Below are positions 25,006 to 38,925 of a stretch of 64,000 bases of DNA, one piece after another (positions within the stretch are counted from its first letter, which is position 1; the number at the start of each line of letters is the position of its first letter). The position numbers and the translations under genes are program-made. The DNA comes from Eledone cirrhosa (Eukaryota): contig OZ024750.1 of assembly GCA_964016885.1 (NCBI GenBank), positions 13,640,001 to 13,704,000 of the forward strand. The letters run 5' to 3'. Below the pieces are notes generated by a model that saw only the letters and a list, made by a program, of their open reading frames with translations, had not been told where the DNA came from and ran no database searches.

Positions 25006-25356
25006 TAACAGATTAAAGTTTAAGCAAAGAATCGCTGCTTTCACCCTTAACGGGATCTGCTGACGTATTATATTTGTTTTTTCCCGTTCTTTGCCAGGGA
25101 ACGTTTCCACGAACCAAAGTATCGTCTTCCTGTCTTCCTCCGGTTGCAACATTTTTTGAAATATCCACTTCTGTGTTTACAGATTGACTTTGTTAGTTTC
25201 AGAAGATCCCGTTAAGGGTGAAAGCAGCGATTCTTTGCTTAAACTTTAATCTGTTATTTTAGTAAATATTTGCTCTACGGTTCTTATATATTTGATATAT
25301 ATTTATCCTTATCGAGCCCTCTTTGGATTTTAGTCTTCAAATTTATTATTATTACT
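25001..25356 (+). mobile_element. Penelope-like remnant (family C) with inverted 5' arm and hammerhead-like fold at 25179-25254
   Basis: Arm 25001-25058 is the inverse of 25204-25261; AGTTT-CAGAAGA-TCCCGTTAAGGGT-GAAA-GCA..TGC-TT-AAACT; (TA)n on both sides. Confidence 0.75.
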
Positions 25357-25364
25357 ATATATAT

Positions 25365-25436
<72 letters not shown>

Positions 25437-26252
25437 ACATTCCTGTAACCTATATGTAAATAATAAGTTAACCATGCTAGGAATTGAACCTCAGAATGCA
25501 AACAGATGAAACTAAATACTAAAACGACACTTTGTCCAACTTTTTTACCCATTCTACTGATCGACTGACGCCCCCCTCCCCTTAAATAGAAGTTGAAAAT
25601 TCTGTTTCTAAAGTAAACAAAGATATAAATAACAATACAGTCGGTTTGGCTCGGATTTCATGTCCTCCAGCTCCACCACCACCACCATCGTCATCATCAG
25701 TCTCTCTGGATTTAATGTCAGTTTTAGGTTCTCCTGTAGGCATGGCTTGCATGTATCTACAGTACTGTATCCATCCATTGATCATGTCATTGAGGTAATA
25801 TAATCTACTAAGATCAACTAGAACAACATTACTTCTACACCTTTAACCTCCTTTCAACAAAAACTGCCAAATTGAAAAAAAAATCAACTTTTTCTTTTCT
25901 GGCAAGCATCATCTATTCTTATCACATATGCATATAAAACAGCAATTTTCACCACCAGCTACTTGCTCAATGCACACACAACACACACACTCTCTATCTC
26001 TCTGATCGCATTACCATGTTGCTTTCTATTACCTTTAAACTATATCCCACCCCTCCACTCGTCTTTCCTCTCACTGTTTCCTACAAGAACGGTATGCACC
26101 AGTTCATATTTTCTTCAAAACACAAAATACAAAAGAAAATTTCTCAGGAATTAAATAATAGAGGAATTTTTCTCTGAGAAGGTAAATCTAAGCTGGAATA
26201 CAGAGTAGTTATATACCTTCTTTGAACAATTAATTCCTTACTGTCAAATATC

Positions 26253-26483
26253 TTAACTCTTTAGCCTTTAAACCGGCCGTATCAGGCCAGAATTCTCTCA
26301 CCTCTTTCTGTTCAAACAGGCTGTAACCAGCCTCACATACTTATGTTAAGGTATTGTTCTCAAAATAAATAACATCAAAATCTCATAGATACGATATTAT
26401 GTGAGATAATTATGTAAAATAAAGCCTTTATCACAAAAAAACAATAGTATATATAGAGAGTAATGTAAATGCTAAAGGGTTAA
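26253..26483. mobile_element. TTAA MITE family 1
   Basis: TTAACTCTTTAGC...GCTAAAGGGTTAA. Confidence 0.9.
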
Positions 26484-26832
26484 ATGAACAAGAGACTAGC
26501 AAGTCTATGAGTTAAGTTGATTTTGTTGTTGAAACTGGTTGGTTTTATACCACATCCACCCAGGCCTACTGAAGTTATGCTTCTTTCCACCTCGTGTCAT
26601 CCCCAACTTCAATCTATTTCAATTAATTAGTGAAAAATTTTCAGTTATTAATTATTCCATTACTAAGATAGTAATTCAATATGTGGTTTTTATATAAAAT
26701 TATGTTGGAAGATTTTAGTTTAAATTGAAACTCTTTAAAAGGAATGGTTTTGTTTCATAAAACCAGAGCTGGTTTTAGACAGAGATGAACAACAATATGG
26801 GAGTTTACATTAATTTGTTGTAGTGACTTTGA

Positions 26833-27028
26833 CAGACCTGCCAACCTCAAGAAACCCAAACAGGGGAGTACCATGAAAAAAAGTGCCCCAAAACGAGGAG
26901 AAATAAGGCAAAATGGGGAGATTTTACATAATGAAAGCTATATCCATTTTCACAAGAGAAGACATCTCTCACCCACCCAAAAGTGGGTGGGAGATCTCCC
27001 CATCGGATGGGGAGAGTTGACAGGTCTG
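26833..27028. mobile_element. Small TIR element, hAT-like
   Basis: TIRs CAGACCTGCCAAC / GTTGACAGGTCTG; no TSD evident. Confidence 0.6.
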
Positions 27029-27405
27029 CATTGGTCATTTCACAATTATTACTGTCAATCTTTTCACATTCTACTTCTTTCTATGAAAGCAATAGAAATA
27101 TTAAAATATGATAATTCAGCAATTGAGACTAAACTTGAGGGTTATTAAGTTACTATACAACAAACATAAGGTTCCTTTAATTAACTGAGAACAACCTTGA
27201 CTACTTCAATCTCCTTGTAATTCAATTAAGAATACCTATGAAAACTCTCATGGTCTGCTCTTTTATTACAATCTCTTATTGTTCTCTTTTTTCATATTAA
27301 ATACATTTTGGTCATTGCTATTTAATTTCTCCTTTTTTTAAATGAAAATAAAAGAAATGTTTTGTGAGAGAAAATTATCATCATCATCATCATCATCATC
27401 ATCAT

Positions 27406-27624
27406 TTAACCCTTTCATGATAGCAGTTCTAATGAAATAAACTATATTTTAATCAATTATTGAAGAATTTCGAGGGATTTACTAAAATTATTGATTATTT
27501 CATTACTAAGATAGTAACTTAACGTAAGGCTCTTATATAACATTATGTTTGAAACCTTTAAAATGGGTGGTTTTATTTCATGAACCAGAGCTGGTTTTGG
27601 CCAGGTTGGTAACTAAAGAGTTAA
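27406..27624. mobile_element. TTAA MITE family 2
   Basis: TTAACCCTTTCATGA...GGTAACTAAAGAGTTAA; inverse of 58891-59130. Confidence 0.8.
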
Positions 27625-28243
27625 CATCCAATTTCTCTGCTAGGTTAACTCCCAAATGCTGTTACTGGTACTCAATTCCAGTTGAGTGGCAAGAAATGAT
27701 GTGTTTCTTCAAAAACATAATACCATACTCAGTCCAGGAATCGAATCCATAACATTACAATTGTAAGCCGACACCCTAACCACTAGGCCGCATGCCTTCA
27801 CAATGCTTTGCCACAACTTTCATATATAATGTATATTGTAAAATTTGCCAGTTTTGTGAGCCATGTGAATTAAATCTAGTCCTCCACCTCCAAGTGTAAA
27901 AAACAAACAATATCACAGTGTATAAAAAGAATATTATACAGAGTTAATTAAGCAGTCACATTTTAATTTATGTGTATCTTAAAAAATGTACAGGTATTCA
28001 ATTTTCACATCCGTCTCTATCATAACCATTTCATTCACAGCTTTCATAGGCTTCAGTATGAAAAAAACACAACAAACAGATCTGAGAAATAACAGCCCAC
28101 AAATATGTATATTAATATTCTAAAGCTGTGTTCATTATTAAAAGTCTTATAGTTATGTCTATTTATAAAATACTTCAATATGTGAGTTGTTTCAGACTAT
28201 TGACCCCATCTTTCGAGCAATGGTTCAGTAGCTGCTTTTCTTA

Positions 28244-28469
28244 TTAACCCTTTAGCATTTACATTACTCTATATTTACTATTGTATTTTCACAGTTAAGG
28301 ATTTACCTTAGATAATTATTTCACATAATATCGAATCTATGAGATTTTGATATTTATTTTAAGAACAATGCCTTAATATCAGTATGAGTGGCCGGTTACA
28401 GCCAGTTTGAACGGATAGAAGTGAGAGAATTCTGGCCGGATATGGCCAGTTTAAATGCCAATGGGTCAA
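28244..28469. mobile_element. TTAA MITE family 1
   Basis: Family sequence. Confidence 0.85.
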
Positions 28470-29344
28470 GTCTACTTGCATTCTCCTCACTCAGTAAATT
28501 CTTGTAATTCTGTCTCTATCTTATTGAGGCAAGTGTGGACACTACACTAATATTACTCCATACACACTTTACACCAACTTCATAAGTATGAAAGGCAAAA
28601 ATCAATCCTAGAACAAAGGGATGTTAAATATGTAAATATAGAAATGTATGTGTGCAATCATTGTACCAGTGACTTAGAGAATAAGTGCAAACTTACCCTC
28701 TTAGTTTAGGACTAAAGTTTCTTAGAATATAATCTGGGGTTATGAAGATATCCAAGAATAAGTTAGCTGATAACAATTGAAAATCAAATTCATTGAAACA
28801 GAGTAGAAGTAAATATTGTAAAAAAAAAACAAATAACTGTTTCTCATTTATAAAATCATGGTTAGCAACAAGTGTTTTAAAGCCATTTTTGTCCTCATAA
28901 AGCAGAACCTAGCTTTGCAGGTCCCAAGAATGTTTTTAGGTTCATCATGGGGTTCTTTTTTGAAGAAATGTTTTATGGCTAGATGCCCTTTCAGATACCT
29001 TCTACAACATGCAAGGATACACTCAACAATATAAAGATGAAGTTAACAGTTTGAAAAAAAATCATAATCTTTTTTTTTTTATATATATGTTTATATAAAA
29101 ATAAAATACATTTAAACACTTACCTTAAAATAATTTAATCCTTTAATAAATGTTATAAAATTATGTAACGTAAAAATCAATTAGTCCAATAAGTCTGAAA
29201 AGAAAGAAAAAAAACAAAAAATTAATTTTTTTTAAATCATATCAAAAGGCAATAAGTTTCATGAAGTGAACAAGAAAAAAGTGAGTGTGTAAATAGGAAA
29301 ACAATTTATTTTCTTTCCACATAAAGAGAGTAGAAAACTAATCT

Positions 29345-29641
29345 AAATATAATAGTATATATAGAAAATATAATAGTATATATAGAAAATATAATAGTAT
29401 ATATAGAAAATATAATAGTATATATAGAAAATATAATAGTATATATAGAAAATATAATAGTATATATAGAAAATATAATAGTATATATAGAAAATATAAT
29501 AGTATATATAGAAAATATAATAGTATATATAGAAAATATAATAGTATATATAGAAAATATAATAGTACATATAGAAAATATAATAGTATATATAGAAAAT
29601 ATAATAGTATATATAGAGTAATGTAAATGCTAAAGGGTTAA
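29345..29641. repeat. 21-bp tandem array joined to a MITE family 1 terminus
   Basis: (AATATAATAGTATATATAGAA) about 13 copies, then GAGTAATGTAAATGCTAAAGGGTTAA. Confidence 0.9.
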
Positions 29642-29917
29642 ATAAGATGTATGTAAATGACATTTATGAAATATTTTTAAAAAAAACAATTTAAGAAGAG
29701 AAATTATGAATTTATGGTATCTTCACAGATAAGTTGTTGTGAGAAATGTGATGCCTCCACAGTTGCTGCATTCTAGAACATCTCTTTTGGTTATTTAGTA
29801 CTTGATGATTATACTACTATTCCAATACTGAAAACAACCCCCACCTATCATCATCTACAACTTGGTATTTTGTTTGCCAGTCTACTGCCACCCTCTATAG
29901 TTATTATGATAATAAAA

Positions 29918-30110
29918 ATAATTGTTTCTACTTTTGGCACAAGGCCAGCAATTACCCAGTGTATTACTGGTACTTTATTTTATCGACCCCGTAAGGATGA
30001 AAGGCAAAGTTAACCTCGGCGGGATTTGAACTCACTCAGAATGGCAAGGGCCGTAACTCTATGCGTCAAAGCATGGCGTCCGACCCTCTACCGATACTGC
30101 CAATCCACCG
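29918..30110 (-). mobile_element. Meta-domain SINE
   Basis: Near-consensus copy. Confidence 0.9.
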
Positions 30111-30304
30111 AAAAATAATGTTTCTAACATAGGCACAAGGCCAGAATGTTGGCAGGAGGGGAGCTGTAGTCAAACCGATCCCAGTTCATGACAGGTAGTT
30201 TATTTTATTGACACCAGAGGACTAAATAGTAAAGGTGATCGCAACAAGATTTGAACTTGAAAATTAAAAATGGAATAAATACCAGACTTACGTATACGTA
30301 TAGG

Positions 30305-30905
30305 GTACATATAGAAAATAACACAGCTAGACACTCTAACATGTCTTGTTTAGAGTACATATAGAATATAACACAGCTAGACACTGTAACATGTTTATTT
30401 AGAGTACATATAGAATATAACACAGTTAGACACTGTAACATGTTTATTTAGAGTACATATAGAATATAACACAGCTAGACACTGTAACATGTTTATTTAG
30501 AGTACATATAGAATATAACACAGCTAGACACTGTAACATGTTTATTTAGAGTACATATAGAATATAACACAGTTAGACACTGTAACATGTTTATTTAGAG
30601 TACATATAGAATATAACACAGCTAGACATTGTAACATGTCTTGTTTAGAGTACATATAGAATATAACACAGCTAGACACTGTAACATGTCTTGTTTAGAG
30701 TACATATAGAATATAACACAGCTAGACACTGTAACATGTCTTGTTTAGAGTACATATAGAATATAACACAGCTAGACATTGTAACATGTCTTGTTTAGAG
30801 TACATATAGAATATAACACAGCTAGAGATTGTAACATGTCTTGTTTAGAGTACATATAGAATAATATAGGCACTGCAATGTGTCTTGTTTAGAGTACATA
30901 TAGAA
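30305..30905. repeat. 49-bp minisatellite, about 12 copies
   Basis: ATAGAATATAACACAGCTAGACACTGTAACATGTTTATTTAGAGTACAT at 30361, 30410 and onward. Confidence 0.95.
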
Positions 30906-31371
30906 ACAATATAAAACAAAAATCCTAAACGAAACCCTGCACACAAGACTGTACTTGGTTGTGCAGTGAAAGCATGCACGAAAAATATGACTATTGAACC
31001 AAAATAAAACACACACAACACAATAAGTACAAAGTGAATCCCATATGTGCTACTTAAAGATATTTAAAGTCCTGAGAAACCTAAAAAGATCTCCTAGACA
31101 CTAGGCAGATAGATAAATTAAAAAAAAAAATTGTATCAAACCACATGGCTTTATTTTTTTCCAGAGGGAGAAGCAATGGGGTAAGCGGGGTGGAGTATGT
31201 TAATGGTGGTTATGTAGAGAAGGGTTATACTGAAATAGGAACAGAAGTAGGGAGGCTGGGAGTAGGGAGTATGGATGATTTAGTGTAGTTGGTTATGTTT
31301 ATCTATGACAGCTACACTTGACATAGAAAACATATCAGTGAAAGAACCAGTTTTTATGTCAACACACATAC

Positions 31372-31403
<32 letters not shown>

Positions 31404-31524
31404 AACATAGACATATATACATACACACATACACATATATATACATATATACATATTCCCATGTATACATATACACATATATACACACATACATACACAT
31501 ATACCCATATATACTTATACACAC

Positions 31525-31571
<47 letters not shown>

Positions 31572-31656
31572 CACATATATGTGATGTATATACATATATA
31601 TATATATATATATACATATACACATACACACATATATACATACACACACATACACA

Positions 31657-31692
<36 letters not shown>

Positions 31693-32230
31693 TGTGAGTG
31701 TGAGTGTGTATGTGTGTGTGTGTGTGTGCGTGTGTGTAGCGTGAAAAGCAAACAGAGGTTCTGATTCCCCACCCACTATCATCATCACCACCACCACCCC
31801 CACATCACCCCCCCACCATCATCACTCTCCCCACACCATCACCCCCCCAATCACACACACACACTTCATCACCCCAACCCCCCACTCTACCCCGCACCAT
31901 CACCACCACCCTCACACCCCTCCCCACACCACCACACCACACCCTCACACCACACCCCTCCCCACACCACCACACCACCAGCCAATTACTAACAAGATGC
32001 AGTGAAAGGTTTTCAAAGAATACTGTTTGTATACACATGGTGTCCAGATGTCCAGATGCATCAGAAATAACCAAAAAAACAAACAAGATGTTGCAGCAAA
32101 ATATGATAAATGTTGGGAAGCCCATCCTGCAGTTACTCAAAGTGCCAGAAATAGCACCGAAATCTCCCTCAATATATCCTCTAATGTTTGAGAACAAAGA
32201 CATATTAAATTATATAGTAATACAAACCTT

Positions 32231-32268
<38 letters not shown>

Positions 32269-32970
32269 GATCACATATTCCCAGGCTTATATTTGAGTAT
32301 ATATGGTAAACATACATATATACATGTATGTATGTTTATCATATATACTCATATATAAGCCAGGTACTATGTGATCAACACAAGACACACACATACATAC
32401 ACACACACATGCATACACACACACACATTCTACATGGTAAGCAAGAATCATGTATATCATATATTGTGTGTATCTTTGCCATTAAGAAGAACATCTGAGT
32501 GTAAAACACTGCCTCAAAAGTCAAATATAACCCATACCAATATGAAAAAAGCAGATGTAAAAATGATGATATAATAATTCCCTTTCTCAACCAAACTTGA
32601 ACTTCAATCTTTCATGGACTAGACAAGCATGCTTCTTATCCATTGCATTACAAGGGCATCAATGCACACACATAGATGTAAAACTATAGGCATTCTTTAC
32701 TATTTGTGGACTTTATACTGAGGGAACATTATCAATGAGATGTTTCGTTATCACAGTTATTTAAACAATCACCCTTGAAGAGCTTTTAATATTTGAAATG
32801 TCACAACAGAGGGTAAGACTGAGTAAAACAGCTCTAATGCCTTTTTTTTTTTTTGTCATTTTACTGTTTGTTCTTTTGTTGACTTCTTTAGAGTGTCCTT
32901 GCAAAGATTCATTAATATAGAAAACACAATGGCTTCTCAGTTGAGTGATTAACAATCAAGAGGGAAACTA

Positions 32971-33405
32971 CCGTATCATCATCATCATCATAATCGTTTA
33001 ATGACCATTTTTCCACGCTAGTATTGGTTTGATGAGTTGTCCCATTGGGAGACAAGTCAGGTCAGATGACCGTGTCTTGTTCATACAGAACTGATTTGGG
33101 GTTGGTTTCTCTGGCTGGATGCCCTTCCTAACACCAACCACATTTACAGAGGGGACTGGGTACTTTTTATCATGACACCTAAATGACCACTTTATAGTGT
33201 GGACTGGGTGCTTTTTGTATATACTCGAATATAAGATGAGACATATGTAACCAAAAAATTGATGGCAGATGAGGGTCAGCTTATATTTGGGGTCAACATT
33301 TTGACAATTTTCACCAACTTTAAATTCTACATAAATAAGGTTTGGATTTTTGCCTATTTCTCAGACATAAAATAGTGGGGTCGGCTTATATTCAAGAATA
33401 TACAG
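32971..33405. mobile_element. Tc2/pogo-like TA MITE with an RTE-tailed SINE (32977-33216) inserted in its left TIR
   Basis: TA-CCGTAT[SINE]GTATATACTCGAATATAAG ... GGCTTATATTCAAGAATATACAG-TA; related copies at 23250-23400, 32280-32366, 54079-54266. Confidence 0.7.
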
Positions 33406-33589
33406 TAGTTGTAAATCATCTAAATTATGAAGCTTCTACTACAAAGAAATTGACATAAAACAATAAAAATAATTTGCTTTTGATCTAACATGGTGGATAC
33501 CTAAATTTATTTGTAAGTGAATAATAATAATTGAATAATAATAATATTGCTTGAAAACGAACTGAATATTAATAATATTATTATTATTA

Positions 33590-33705
33590 TTGAGTTCAAA
33601 TCCCGCCGGGGTTAACTTTGCCTTTCATCCTTACGGGGTCGATAAAATAAAATACCAGTAATACACTGGGATAATTGCTGGCCTTCTGCCAAAAGTAGAA
33701 ACAAT
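33590..33705 (+). mobile_element. 5'-truncated Meta-domain SINE
   Basis: B box through tail. Confidence 0.85.
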
Positions 33706-34501
33706 TATTATTATTATATTATCATTATTGACTCACGAATACAGTAAAAGTAATATTGTTTACAGGTGTTACCGCTGTTGTTGTTAAGATCCCTGTTCAG
33801 CTGAGATTAAGTCAACCTATAATTAATGACATTCAAGCTGTGACCATCACATCAATTATTCAAAGATAGTGAGTGCATCAAGGATTGCATTATCCAATGG
33901 ATTATTTCCACAGTTTAATTTTAAAATGATTCAGCTGTTAATTTTAGCAGAATGAAAAAACTACGTGGACTTAAAGAAATCAGCAGTAAAATAAATAAAT
34001 TGACGAATTGGAACTGGAATGTTTAGAAAACCATCAGGTTAGATAACAAAAAATATGACTCATTATATAATTATAATTAATAGCTGAGATAATTACTACA
34101 AGTGCAGTACATGACAGCAGTAGTATAATATAGTATCAACTTTCATTGTAATTCAGTTGTGATGTTGAACAACATTTTTGATATGGAAAGTCAAACAGGA
34201 ACATTAATATCAATCTATCTTCCAGTTTCCAACTTAGTCTACAAGACAGCCATTTGTAGGATATTAAACTACACTGGCAGTGCAACTGCCACACAAGCAG
34301 TGTTGATGGCAATGTGATATATATATATATATACAACTACACTGGCACTGTTGTTGACAATTGTTTCATTTGTTTTTCGCCTCTACGTCCGCTTTTTCAT
34401 GCTTGCATGGGTTGGACGGGTGTGTTTGTATGTGTATATATATATATATATATAAATATATACATACACATATATATATATATATATATAAATATATACA
34501 T

Positions 34502-34542
<41 letters not shown>

Positions 34543-34710
34543 CACATACATACAATGTGATATACAGAAATTACACTGGCACTACTCTGAAAATATTTAT
34601 AATTTACCATCCCTATTGTTTCACCTCCCAAAATCTGAATTAAACACATTACCCAATCATTCCCCTATGGAACTATGAACCACTGTAATTCTTTCTCTAT
34701 TCATACTCTT

Positions 34711-34948
34711 TTAACCCTTTCATTACTATTTTTTTATGAAACACCTGGATGTTTTGAAAATATTCCCAACTTTGGAGGAATTTCATGATATAACTTAACA
34801 TTTTATTGTTTGTAACATTACTTAAACATATCTTAAGTAAAATTATGATGGAAGGTTTTAATATAAGTATGAACCAGATTTAAAAATGGGCAGTCTTATA
34901 TGATAAAACCAGGGTGATTTAAGGTGAGTTGGTATCAAAAGACCTAAA
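34711..34948. mobile_element. TTAA MITE family 2, diverged
   Basis: TTAACCCTTTCATTAC...GTTGGTATCAAAAG. Confidence 0.65.
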
Positions 34949-35840
34949 CTGAACATTGTAATTAAATAGAACAGATATTCTATCGCACTAAATCATTCTC
35001 AGATAAGAGAAAGATTGAATCTTACCAAAAACCACGCACCAACACCAACACTCCATCACTAACTCATCATCTCTCTTTGCTTACCAAATCTCCAAGACTT
35101 GGCTACTTTCCTGCCTAAATTCAAACAAGTTCAGAAAATAAAAATAGAAATAAAAAATTTACAGAACTACTAACAGCAGTAGTTGTTAAATTGTTAGAAA
35201 ATCTTGCTGATCCCTTTAAAATATTTGTGATGTTCGCATGTTAGTTGGCACACATATCCTTTCCTACAGACAAACACAGAAACTATACTAAGTGCATTTA
35301 TTCCTAAACTCAATGAGTCATGTTTGCCTCCTTATCTACACTGACAACACCATTATTCACTTTCACCTTTTTTTTTTTCCTACAGTCAACAAGATTCAGA
35401 AGAAAAATTATTAAAGAATTTTATCTTTTTATAACTATTCAGCTAAAAACCTTCCATTATTTACATAAACCTTGGAATATTTTATTTCTTTCTAAGCTAA
35501 AAAAAAAAAAATAGTTCTTCGGTTCTAAGAGGATTGGTATCACCCAGAGTTTGAGAAATCATAGTAATTTGACATCACCAAAAGCCTCATCCTAAAAACC
35601 CATGGATTATTATTTTTTCTTACAAAGAGGAGTGTTCTATTCTTATATGTATTCTGTACAAAAACATCATTATCTATGTTTAAAACACAGCAGTAAACAA
35701 AATAAAGAAAGAAAAACGATGATGATGCTCTATGTGGCAACAGCAATGAAAATTACAATGATAATGGTGATGATGGTGATGATGATGATGGCATAGGTCA
35801 ATCGGTAAAACATCAGTTTTATGTACATGCTGATAATGAC

Positions 35841-35878
35841 TCATGACAGCTCAGTTGGTAGAGCAGGAAGACTATAGT
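35841..35878 (+). pseudogene. tRNA-Tyr-like 5' half fragment
   Basis: ACAGCTCAGTTGGTAGAGCAGGAAGACTATAG versus tRNA-Tyr ATAGCTCAGTTGGTAGAGCGGAGGACTGTAG; no T arm follows. Confidence 0.5.
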
Positions 35879-36734
35879 GAATGATGGTGATGATGATGAT
35901 GAAAAGGGAAATGTGAAGATGAGAATCTTCAGTTAAAATACAAGATCTACTTTATTTCCTACTGTCCACACACACACACACACACACTTCTGTGATTCTG
36001 TCACAACACAGAGAGAAAGGAGTAGTTTGACTACCTCATACTACTCCCCTCTCTTTACGGCTGCTGCCTGCATGAATGTATGTGTATGTGTGTGTTTGTG
36101 TGAATGTATGTGTATTTGGGTGAATGTATGTGTATTTGGGTGAATGTATGTGTATTTGGGTGAATGTATGTCTGTGAGTGTGTATTTTTATAAGTGTGTC
36201 TGTGTTTGCACATTTATATTTATATACTCATACATATAAATGTATGCATATGCACATACACACATGTACACACACACATATACACATACATGTCAGTGTA
36301 TGGAAAAAAATTCTAGTTATGGAAAAATGGAGGTAAAATCTTGAGTGAGAAAAAGAAATGACTTCAATAGCTAGCTATTCTGACTTCTCTTAAGTAAACA
36401 TAAAGGTACAAATCAGATCCAGACACTGTCATATAAGTTTGTCTTTGTTAAGTTCAGACTTCTATTTTCTATATGCTTTCTTTTATATTTCTTTGCCATT
36501 CATCATTTCTTAGAAACAGAAATGCCTCCATGTTTCAAAATATTGTTTAGTAGAAAGAATGACAAGATATCAATGAATGTTGAGTGGCACTCTTGAAAAA
36601 GAATCTTGAGAATTTAACCCATTCCATAGTAGAACCATGAAATTAACCACTTCAGATCCTCTCAAAATAACATGCATACCATAAGCCACACCATGCAGAG
36701 ACACTTTATTTTTAACAAAAATATATTGTGTGTT

Positions 36735-36949
36735 TTAACCCTTTAGCATTTAAACTGGCCGTATCCGACCAGAATTCTCTCACTTCTTTCTGTTCAAACC
36801 AGCCAAAACCAGCCACTCATACTTATGTTAAGGTATTATTCTCAAAATAAATAATATCAAAATTTCGTAGATTCAATATTATGTGAGGTAAAGCCTTTAC
36901 TGTGAAAATACAATAGTAAATACAGAGTAATGTAAATGCTAAAGAGTTA
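36735..36949. mobile_element. TTAA MITE family 1
   Basis: TTAACCCTTTAGCATTTA...TAAATGCTAAAGAGTTAA. Confidence 0.9.
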
Positions 36950-37267
36950 AGAAAATAACTAAAACAATTTTACATTTTTGCATTTTTTTTGCAAGATCCT
37001 TGATGTGAAAGATCTTGTGTTAAACAAATATTGCTATACTTTGGTAGAGTCATGCTGCCAATAAAAACACATGCACCTGTTGAGTTTGACTTCAGTTTTA
37101 TTATTAGCTAGGTGACTAATCCATTCATTGGTTAGTTTAATAACCAGATAGTTGTTTAATTGTTTGTCATATTTATTATTTTTCATAATAAATGAATATG
37201 ACAATTTCACTTTAACCCTTTTGATAGCAACCCACCCATAAAACAACCCTTTGTTTTATGATATTTA

Positions 37268-37323
<56 letters not shown>

Positions 37324-37877
37324 ATATATATGATTATATATACATATATTTATGTATATTTCATTAATTTCCAGGGGAAAAAAATGGAAATCGTTTAGAC
37401 AACCTTTTAGCTTATATGTTAAAATAGAGATTTTCAGAGTATCCTGGACTTATTTTTGCAGAGAAGATGATATGGCATTCATACTTTCTTCATGTGCATT
37501 AATGATATGGAATGAAGTTGTTTCAACCAAGCAACACAATTAGATTATTGGTTGAGGTCACCATGAGCTTATCACTATAAACATACACCATGACATTTTA
37601 GGACATTCTGTTAGAAAATTACACATGAGCATGTTTCATGTTTCAGTTTTATGGCAAAGGCCAGTTTTATGGCCAAGGTAAAAGAAAAGCTGGTATGTGA
37701 CATCAAAATGAGGCTACTGTTAAACAAGAAATAGAGTTTTGTTGGTTATTCATTGAATGAAAGCACTACATTTTCAAGTAAAAAAAAAAAGAGAGAAAAA
37801 ACGCCATCTTTTTTAAGGTGGCATCCATTCAACATAAGATTGAGAAAAAAGTATTTTGCAGAAATTTCAAAATATTT

Positions 37878-38517
37878 TTAAGGTGGTTGTGTAGGTGTCA
37901 CGACCCCCCCCCCCCAGCCCACACTGTAAAGTGGTTGTGTAGGGGTCATGATAAAAAGCACCCAGCCCACACTGTAAGGTGGTTGTGTAGGAGTCACGTC
38001 AAAAAGCACCCAGCACACAATGTAAAGTGGTTGTGTAGGTGTCACAACAAAAAGCACCCAGTCCACACTTTAACCCTTTAGCATTCACATTACTCTATAT
38101 ATACTATTATATTTTTGTAGTAAACACTTTATCTTACATAATTATCTCACATAATATCGAATCTATGAGATTTTGAAAGTATTTATTTTGAGAACAATAC
38201 CTTAACATCAGTTTGAGTGACCAGTTACAGCTAGTTTCAACAGAAAGAGGTAGAGAAGGTTTAAGGTGGTTGTGTAGGAATCATGGTAAAAAGCACCCAG
38301 CCCACACTGTAAGGTGGTCATGTAGGTGTCACAACAAAAAGCACCCAGGACACACTGTAAATGTAGTTAGGGTTAGGAAGGGCATCCAGCCGCAGAAATC
38401 TAGCCAGAAAGTCCTATTTGAGCAAGACACAGTCACCTGACCCAACTTGCCTCTAATAGGACAACTTGTCCAACCGATGCTAGCATGGAAAATTGACGTT
38501 AAACAACGATGATGATG
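37878..38517 (+). mobile_element. RTE-tailed SINE with internally reiterated ~48-bp unit, interrupted by truncated MITE family 1 (38070-38258)
   Basis: GTGGTTGTGTAGGTGTCAC..AAAAAGCACCCAGCCCACACTGTAA about 6 times; ends GACGTTAAACAACGATGATGATG. Confidence 0.8.
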
Positions 38518-38577
38518 AAAGTTCTCTATCAAGTGCACATTTATGATCCTCAACAGACATTTCTAACATATATATTC

Positions 38578-38925
38578 TGTCAGCAGAGGTATCAGCTCCC
38601 TAAACTTATTCCAGCCTTTACTTTACCCTGACTATTACACTTTCAGAACACCCTTGCCCAATGCTGAGTAGATTCTCTAGATAACAAAAGTTGTCAACAA
38701 CTTCTAAAGAGCCTCACATGCAGTCTACAAAATCTATTTCATATGTGACCTTAGAGCTTGCTTCTCCTGTGCATCAGACACATAAAGTCTATCTTTTCCA
38801 TGAACCTGCCTGTAATCCCACTACATCCATATATTACACTGTGTGCACCTTATCGAGTTTCTGCCTAACCCTTTTTAACACCAATCACGGCATCTTCCCT
38901 GATGGGATCAGCTTTCTGTCATCCT
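38578..38925 (-). mobile_element. RTE LINE internal fragment (zinc-finger-like and RT C-terminal region), decayed
   Basis: Minus-strand translation GCSGITGRFMEKIDFMC.. and FCYLENLLSIGQGCSESVIVRVK*GWNKFRELIPLLT. Confidence 0.8.

Noticed and set aside
25582-25800. Short frames open on both strands around a CCA/TCA run
   Set aside because: Low complexity, weak acceptor, no recognisable motif
30305-30905. CRISPR-like appearance of regular arrays (also 4288-4990 and 49640-50992)
   Set aside because: No unique spacers, eukaryotic context, no cas genes
35841-35878. Functional tRNA-Tyr gene
   Set aside because: Only a mutated 5' half; no B box or 3' acceptor strand
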